62,375 nucleotides of DNA. Origin: Patescibacteria group bacterium (lineage in GTDB: Bacteria > Patescibacteriota > Microgenomatia > UBA12405). Below, one piece after another: positions 56,756-62,375 of the stretch. Location of the stretch: positions 1 to 62,375 of the forward strand of contig JAHIPV010000004.1 of assembly GCA_018902845.1 (NCBI GenBank). The letters are read 5' to 3'. Below the pieces are notes generated by a model, which saw nothing but the letters and a program-made list of their open reading frames with translations, ran no database searches and was not told where the DNA came from. Position numbers and translations under genes: made by a program. Position 1 is the first letter of the stretch; every line of letters begins with the position of its first letter.

Positions 56756-58189
56756 CTATTTAATTAAATCCTTTATCTCCGAAAGTAACGATATTATTGT
56801 TTTTTCTGACTCTTCAATTTTAGCAATTAATTCCTCTGGTGGAAGATGCTCAAACTCCGCTTTTTTGTTCGGATTTTTTACATCAAGATTGTAGTTACTT
56901 TTGATAATTTCCTCTACCGGCACAATCCACGATTGTTCGGTTAATTCTTTCTTTTCCCATAATTTTTTGGCTTCTTCAAAATATACGCTCTTGATTGGCT
57001 TTGATTTTGAAAAGTTTTTTAAACCTTCTGGCAACGGCATTTCATAGTAAAAAATTTCTTTTGTTGGTCCTGTTTTTTCAAAAAATAAAATATTTGTCGG
57101 AATGTTCGTATAAGGTGCGAAAGAACCGTTCGGCAAACGGACGATGTGGTGCAAATTAAATTGCTGAAGCAATTCCTTTTTTGTATTTACATAACTTTGA
57201 TCATCAGTTTTGAATAACACGCCTTCGGGGAAGATAATCGCGCACTTTCCGCCGTCTTTAAGTGAGCGCAAACAATGTTGCAAAAATAAAATCTCGGTTT
57301 GAGCAGAAGGATAAGGAAAATTTGACTCAATACCTCGCACAGTTCCGGAAAATGGCGGATTTGTGAGAATGATGTCATATTTTTCGGTGAGGTTGAAAAG
57401 ATTGATTGAAAGCGTGTTCATTTTACGGATATTTGGTGTAGCGATTCCGTTAAGCATCATATTCATCGTTCCCAAAATAAACGGCAATGATTTTAATTCT
57501 TTTCCATAAAAAGATTCTTTTTGCAAAAATTCTTTATCTTTGGTATTTTTTTCTTGCGGACGCATAAAATGATACGCCTCAGTCAAGAAGCCGGACGGCC
57601 CATTGCAAGGGTCATAAATAGTTTGTCCGATTTTTGGAGATATCATTTCCGTCATAAAACGAGCAATAACGCGCGGAGTGTGAAATTCAGCAAGTGGTTT
57701 AATATCTGACGATTTCATGCGAGCAAAAAGACCTTCGTAAATACTGGAAACTGCGAAAGAATCTTCATCGCCAAAAAAGTCCACACTAGCCAACACATCC
57801 ACAACTTCACGGAGTAAATAGCCGTCTTCCATTCTGTTTTGAGTATTGTTGAAAATTTCTGAAATAATTTCTTTTGTGCGATTGCCGGAAAGAGTGCGAA
57901 AATATGGAAAAAGTTTTATTTGCACAAATTCTAAAAGATCTGGTCCTGTAATATAAGAATCCTTGCCAGTCCACACACTCCAGCGATATTCATTATCAAT
58001 ATTACGGTTGTAGGTTTTGCCTTCAAATGTCGCCTTGGCTTCATATTCGTTTTCTATTTCTTCATATACTTTCAAAAACAAAAGCCACGAAAACTGCTCA
58101 ACATACTGCAAAGCGCCCGTTGTTCCGGGGTCTTGGCGCATTTTATTGCATGCGCTCCATAATTTATTTGAAATTGAATCGTTTGCCAT
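56756..58189 (-). CDS. hsdM: type I restriction-modification DNA methyltransferase subunit (N6-adenine)
   Basis: HsdM_N-type N-terminus (LWSACNKMR), motif I DPCNGPSGFL, and catalytic TNPPFSG. Confidence 0.9.
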   Translation of the reverse strand: MANDSISNKLWSACNKMRQDPGTTGALQYVEQFSWLLFLKVYEEIENEYEAKATFEGKTYNRNIDNEYRWSVWTGKDSYITGPDLLEFVQIKLFPYFRTLSGNRTKEIISEIFNNTQNRMEDGYLLREVVDVLASVDFFGDEDSFAVSSIYEGLFARMKSSDIKPLAEFHTPRVIARFMTEMISPKIGQTIYDPCNGPSGFLTEAYHFMRPQEKNTKDKEFLQKESFYGKELKSLPFILGTMNMMLNGIATPNIRKMNTLSINLFNLTEKYDIILTNPPFSGTVRGIESNFPYPSAQTEILFLQHCLRSLKDGGKCAIIFPEGVLFKTDDQSYVNTKKELLQQFNLHHIVRLPNGSFAPYTNIPTNILFFEKTGPTKEIFYYEMPLPEGLKNFSKSKPIKSVYFEEAKKLWEKKELTEQSWIVPVEEIIKSNYNLDVKNPNKKAEFEHLPPEELIAKIEESEKTIISLLSEIKDLIK

Positions 58190-58202
58190 AGTTTATTTTT
58201 CG

Positions 58203-60695
58203 TTAATTTGCATAAATTTTTTCCTGCAAGCGATCAACATTTTGCCGAAGTGCTTGCGGATTGCCGAAGGCTTTTTGCGAATACATAAAGCCGGGCATTG
58301 GATATACATCAAAAACATTGGCTTTTGTAATTTCCGTTACTCCGTTTTCCTGATATTTCAAAAGCAATCCGCTGACAATTTTTTGCTGTTCCTTATTAAG
58401 ACTTTTCAAAAATTCTTGTTCACGATTTAAGACGGCATCAGTTCTTTCTTTTCGTGAGTGCAGATTTTCGCCAAATCCAAGATTCGCCAAAAGATCGTAT
58501 TCATCGGCTTCGGTATTATTGGTGATTTTGGCAAGCATACGGATATGGATACCTTGATTTTCCAATTCAGTAATAAGCTCGTCTCTGGATTCTTGCTTGA
58601 TCCATTGCGTTTTCAATTCATCAGTATTTTTAACAACTTTTCCAATTTCCTCCTTGGAATAAGCAACATATTCTTTAAGCGTTAGCCTTTTGCCTAAAAT
58701 ATCAACTTCAAACATCATTTCATCCTCAATAAAAACAGTAAGACCATGAACTTTTATCGGCGGAACAGGTTTTTTCTGGGCAACTAGCTCAATTTGAATT
58801 TGCTCCTTGTCGCTTATTTGCGTTTCAATGGTAATTTCTCTGTGCTTGAAGCCGTTTGCCGCCACATAGAGTTTTATTTTCCCTTCCGGAATATTGGAAA
58901 AGCTAAATTCACCGCTTGCGTTTGTTCTTGTTTGCGTTTGCTCATTTGGCGATAATTGAATTGTCATCAAGGCATTTTCAACAGGTGCGAGCGAATCTTC
59001 TTCAACAACAATTCCATTAAGAAAATTGATTTTTGGCGTGTCTGGTTTGATTTCGGGCTTGCCCTCAATCCATTCGTCAATCAATCTTGTGGCATTAGTA
59101 TAATCAATTACCCGATACCAAAATTTGCCTTTTTCTTTTGAAATACGACTACCTCGCCCCATAATCTGTTTGAAAACTATTGGCGAGCGTATCGGCTTCA
59201 TAAAAACAATATTTTGAACTGTGGGCGCGTCAAAACCAGTGGAAAGTAAATCAACAGTAGTGGCAACAACTGGAACATTTTGCGCTTGATCTTGAAAAGT
59301 TTTTAGAAGCGCCAATGAGTCAGTTTCTTCTGAGACAATCCGGATTGCATAATTTGGAAAGCCAAGGTAAGCAAAATGATTTTGTAAATGTTTTGCGACT
59401 TCGCCGGCATGCTCCATGGTTACGCAAAAAACAATTGTTTTTTGCATTTCGCCATAAGTTTTAATGAGTCCGGCAAGATGTTCGCACATTTTCTCGGTTC
59501 TATCTGGCAAAATGATACCTTTTTCAAACTGTTCCATTTTGTAAAAATCATTCGGTTCAGCTTCGTCCGGTATTTCGACTCTCGCTCCTTTTTTAACGGC
59601 ATCTTCAATATTTACTCCATCTTTATCAATATTGAGTTTTACTTTGTGAAGCAAAAAGTTAGCAAGAAACCCATCGTCAATTCCTTGTGCCATGCTGTAA
59701 TCGTAAACGGCCTGATTTTCCTTCTTTGGATCACCGAAATATTTGTAGGTGTTTATATTTTCATCTTGTTTCGGCGTTGCGGTCATTCCAAGCTGAATTG
59801 CTGTTGAAAAATGCTTTAGGATTTCGTTCCAAGTACTAAATCCGCTTCTGTGACACTCATCAATCACAATTAAATCAAAAAAATCTTTGGGATACTGCTC
59901 AAAAATTCTTTTTCCGTCTTTTTCGCTCCACATTGCCTGATAAATACTAAAATAAATGTCGCGAGCCGTTGGAGCTTGCCCCTCTTCAATATATCCACGC
60001 GCATTTCCAAATGGTTCAAAAGTATTAAAGGCCTGATCTCGTAAAACATTTCTATCTGCAAGGAATAAAACACGGCGGATTTTCTTTGCCTGTTTTAATT
60101 TCCAAGCGATTTGAAAAGCTATGTTTGTTTTGCCCGTGCCTGTAGCTAGGTTTAATAAAATCCGCTTTTGACCTTTGGAAATTGCTTCAATTGCACGACG
60201 AATAGCGACTTGCTGATAATAGCGAGGGTTGGTATTGAAAGTTTGTTTATTATAAGCGGTAGCGAGTGGCAAAACTTCTGTTTCGGATAATTCTTTCGCT
60301 TTCAAATATCTTCGATAAAGTTCATCTTGCGTTGGAAAAGTTTCAATTGTTTTTTGTGTGTTGTTTGTAAAATCAAATTCTTCAATTTCGTGTCCATTGG
60401 TAGAATACGCAAAAAGTATATCTAGCCGTTCGGCGTATTCTTTGACTTGTTGCATACCGGAAACGGCGGGCTTTCCTTCTTCCTTTGCTTCAACGACTGC
60501 AAGAGGTAGAGCTTCATTGAAATATAAAATGTAATCGGCTTTTTTTGGTTCTTTTCGTTTTGATTCATCGCCAACGAGAAAAATCTTTCCGTCAGTAAAA
60601 TAATATTCACGAGTAATAAAATCTTCAGTCCAGCCGGACTGTTTTATTTTTGGATCAATTATTTTTGCTCTTGTGTCTGCTTCGTTATATGCCAT
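58203..60695 (-). CDS. hsdR: type I restriction enzyme R subunit (EcoEI-like C-terminus) with an inserted carboxypeptidase-regulatory-like beta-sandwich
   Basis: N-terminal NEADTRAKIIDPKI nuclease region, helicase motifs LATGTGKT / VIDECHR / MTATP / QIMGRGSR. Insert NALMTIQL...TNASGEFSFSNIPEGKIKLYVAANGF (about 58815-59020). Confidence 0.9.
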   Translation of the reverse strand: MAYNEADTRAKIIDPKIKQSGWTEDFITREYYFTDGKIFLVGDESKRKEPKKADYILYFNEALPLAVVEAKEEGKPAVSGMQQVKEYAERLDILFAYSTNGHEIEEFDFTNNTQKTIETFPTQDELYRRYLKAKELSETEVLPLATAYNKQTFNTNPRYYQQVAIRRAIEAISKGQKRILLNLATGTGKTNIAFQIAWKLKQAKKIRRVLFLADRNVLRDQAFNTFEPFGNARGYIEEGQAPTARDIYFSIYQAMWSEKDGKRIFEQYPKDFFDLIVIDECHRSGFSTWNEILKHFSTAIQLGMTATPKQDENINTYKYFGDPKKENQAVYDYSMAQGIDDGFLANFLLHKVKLNIDKDGVNIEDAVKKGARVEIPDEAEPNDFYKMEQFEKGIILPDRTEKMCEHLAGLIKTYGEMQKTIVFCVTMEHAGEVAKHLQNHFAYLGFPNYAIRIVSEETDSLALLKTFQDQAQNVPVVATTVDLLSTGFDAPTVQNIVFMKPIRSPIVFKQIMGRGSRISKEKGKFWYRVIDYTNATRLIDEWIEGKPEIKPDTPKINFLNGIVVEEDSLAPVENALMTIQLSPNEQTQTRTNASGEFSFSNIPEGKIKLYVAANGFKHREITIETQISDKEQIQIELVAQKKPVPPIKVHGLTVFIEDEMMFEVDILGKRLTLKEYVAYSKEEIGKVVKNTDELKTQWIKQESRDELITELENQGIHIRMLAKITNNTEADEYDLLANLGFGENLHSRKERTDAVLNREQEFLKSLNKEQQKIVSGLLLKYQENGVTEITKANVFDVYPMPGFMYSQKAFGNPQALRQNVDRLQEKIYAN

Positions 60696-60699
60696 ATTT

Positions 60700-60900
60700 T
60701 TATTTAAACAATTCTGCCGTCTCCACGCCGAGGGCTTTGGCTAGTTTTTCCAATGTGTCCACCGTAGGATTCGGACTTTCGCCTGTTTCTATCTTAACAA
60801 CGGTATTTAACGCCAAATCAGCGTCTTTTGAGAGGCGATCTTGTGAGATTCCTTTTTTGATTCGCAATTTGCGGATATTTTCGCTAACTGTATTTGCCAT
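60700..60900 (-). CDS. XRE-family helix-turn-helix regulator (controller-protein-like position)
   Basis: 66 aa with IRKLRIKKGISQDRLSKDADLALNTVVKIE (HTH_3). Stop lies 4 nt before the hsdR start. Confidence 0.8.
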   Translation of the reverse strand: MANTVSENIRKLRIKKGISQDRLSKDADLALNTVVKIETGESPNPTVDTLEKLAKALGVETAELFK

Positions 60901-60922
60901 ATTGGTTTGACTTTGATAAACT

Positions 60923-60952
60923 ATTATAATACACTACTTATATTGAGTGTAT
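60923..60952 (-). promoter_or_regulatory. candidate -10 box plus 7-bp-arm palindromic operator upstream of the XRE gene
   Basis: Minus-strand TATAAT (60923-60928). ATACACT (60929-60935) - 10 nt - AGTGTAT (60946-60952). Confidence 0.4.
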
Positions 60953-61134
60953 ATCAACTTGCTTAATACAATGGTATCAAAAATATTAAAATTTGGCAAA
61001 CAAAAAGGGAGTTCATTCGACACAACGCGCGCACGGGTGGGTGGGGCAAGCGTTATTCCTCTTTTATCTTCTCTTTTGTTTTCTGTCCCGCCGTCCGTCC
61101 GCCGAAAAGTTTTGGGGGCGAAGCCAAAGCAGGC

Positions 61135-61175
61135 GGGCAAAAAGGAAGGGGGTTGGGGGGAAGGAATTTTTGCCC
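61135..61175. other. 9-bp stem hairpin with G-rich loop (mirror of 53216..53258)
   Basis: GGGCAAAAA (61135-61143) and TTTTTGCCC (61167-61175). Loop GGAAGGGGGTTGGGGGGAAGGAA. Confidence 0.7.
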
Positions 61176-61194
61176 TTTTGCGATTCAGAATAGA

Positions 61195-61349
61195 GCGTTT
61201 CCGCTTTTCTCTGATTAAGAGAAAACCAAAACAGAAAATTTTTCATCTCCTATTAAAAGAAAAAAATGGGGTGCAGAAAAAAATAAAAAATGTAATGAAA
61301 AAATTTCTGTTTTGGTTTGCCGTAGAGGAGCGGAGGCAAGCGGAAACGC
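61195..61349. other. 155-nt imperfect long hairpin (right flank of the R-M/RT cassette)
   Basis: GCGTTTCCGCTT (61195-61206) pairs with AAGCGGAAACGC (61338-61349). AAACCAAAACAGAAAATTTTTCAT (61223-61246) pairs with ATGAAAAAATTTCTGTTTTGGTTT (61295-61318) at 23/24 positions. 48-nt A-rich apical loop. Confidence 0.7.
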
Positions 61350-61684
61350 ACATCATTATTCTGGATTCTGTTCAAAAAAAGTTAGAATTTCAACCAAAAG
61401 GTACCGCCATGAAAAAATCAGAGTATGACCTCTGGTTTTTTCATTTATGATGATATTAGTTGTGATGGAAGAAGGTGGGAATATGGTATGATGCAAATAT
61501 ATGACAAATGGAGAAGTTACAATGAACGAACTCATGGATTTTTTGGTGGAAAATGTGGCTACCAACAGAGATGCATCAGATGGAACATCGGATATTGGAT
61601 ACCATTTCTACATTTAATGGCGTAGAATTATAATTTTATTCACAGACCACCTCACGTATATTTTCTTACCCTGACGATACCGCA

Positions 61685-61722
61685 GACCCCCGGCGGAGCC
61701 TGGCCTGGCTCCGCCGGGGGTC
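61685..61722. terminator. perfect 16-bp GC-rich stem-loop in the GC-rich terminal segment
   Basis: GACCCCCGGCGGAGCC / GGCTCCGCCGGGGGTC with a 6-nt loop. No clear U-tract. Two further GC hairpins at about 61779-61808 and 61836-61872, downstream of the minus-strand ORF. Confidence 0.35.
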
Positions 61723-61906
61723 TTCTCGAGAAGATCCCTCACTTTGTTCGGGATGGGAAAAGAAATAAAATGCGAACGCCCCCGGTGTACTCGGTACACA
61801 CGGGGGCGTAAGGTTAGGGGGAAGGAACTTGGTGTGGCAGGTACTGCGGGTTTGGACCGCAGACCTGCCACGAGATGAGGTAGTTTGCCCCTGACGCGCC
61901 AGCGGG

Positions 61907-62375
61907 TTAGAACCGCTGGGTGCCGAATCCGATGAGGGTGTAACCCCCCATCGGGATATCGTTCCCGGCCGGGTGCTTGCGCACCGCAGCCAACACGTCG
62001 CTCGCCTGCACCACGGCACCGTTGGCCGTGCAGCGGCCGATGCCGTCCTGCGTGGCCCCGCGGAGCTCCACGACCTGGTACACACCATCGATCCCCGAGG
62101 GGATGGTGGTGTGCACGAGGGTGCCGGTGTTGATCACCGACCCCTCGTTCCAGGCGTCGGCGCACATCACGGCGCCGTTGAGGACGCCTCCGTCCATGAC
62201 GACGGTGGCCACGGGTGCGGGCGGGGTGCGGGTGCTCCACCAGGCGGTCAGACCGCCGATGGCGCCGGCGCACACCAGGCCCAGGAGGGCCAGGAGCAGG
62301 GCGAGGGCGATCAGGCCGGCGCAGCCCATCCAGCGCCGGTTGTTGCGGGGGGGCGGGGGGGGCTGGTCCACGACG
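61907..62375 (-). CDS. partial membrane-anchored hypothetical protein from a high-GC source (5' end may run off the window)
   Basis: Frame with the sensible composition: TM helix GCAGLIALALLLALLGLVCAG, then a Gly/Val/Thr-rich domain. The competing overlapping frames are Arg-rich high-GC artefacts. Confidence 0.45.
   Translation of the reverse strand, partial: VVDQPPPPPRNNRRWMGCAGLIALALLLALLGLVCAGAIGGLTAWWSTRTPPAPVATVVMDGGVLNGAVMCADAWNEGSVINTGTLVHTTIPSGIDGVYQVVELRGATQDGIGRCTANGAVVQASDVLAAVRKHPAGNDIPMGGYTLIGFGTQRF

Noticed and set aside
60934-61565. ORFs 60934-61140(-), 60947-61450(+), 60993-61193(+), 61064-61246(-) and 61356-61565(-) in the right GC-rich block.
   Set aside because: Same reasoning as above: overlapping on both strands, crossing hairpin arms, with no start context or motif. 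A 38-codon ORF at 61501-61617 was also seen but cannot be supported.
61614-62273. 219-aa and 140-aa (61666-62088) minus-strand ORFs in the GC-rich end.
   Set aside because: They give extremely Arg/Pro/His-rich translations, characteristic of wrong frames in high-GC DNA. They also run through the intergenic hairpins. The 61907-62371 frame has a TM helix and sensible composition.

Overview
About 61.6 kb of visibly AT-rich, gene-dense bacterial chromosome, followed by about 0.7 kb of very GC-rich sequence. Hand counts of single 60-nt lines give 16/60 GC at 4441, 21/60 at 57601 and 47/60 at 62221. All product calls rest on motifs I recognise by eye; no searches were run.

The AT-rich part contains the replication-origin neighbourhood: rpmH-rnpA, dnaA with DnaA boxes on both sides, and dnaN. 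It also carries housekeeping genes typical of a reduced genome (prs, trxB, mutM, a stand-alone 5'-3' exonuclease, ALDH, M18 aminopeptidase, glycosyltransferases) and many secreted or membrane proteins. There is a Gram-positive-style T4SS-like module (PrgI-like protein, VirB4-like ATPase, 992-aa M23 peptidase protein). Toxin-antitoxin density is high: four PIN toxins, BrnTA plus a decayed second brnT, and an AbiEii-like nucleotidyltransferase. Gene content and style fit a Patescibacteria/CPR-type genome, which is inference only.

The genome is peppered with short GC-rich hairpin repeats, GTCAT(C/T)CTGA...GAAG(G/A)ATC and relatives. They occur in intergenic DNA and also in-frame inside at least five CDSs.

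The best candidate for an undescribed system is a tightly packed minus-strand operon at 53.3-60.9 kb: XRE regulator, HsdR, HsdM, HsdS, a 500-aa reverse transcriptase with an intact catalytic YRDD, and a HARE-HTH/PD-(D/E)xK nuclease. It is bracketed on both sides by GC-rich, non-coding, strongly structured modules in mirror arrangement.

The terminal GC-rich segment (from about 61.65 kb) looks like foreign or chimeric DNA. No rRNA, tRNA or CRISPR array was recognised.
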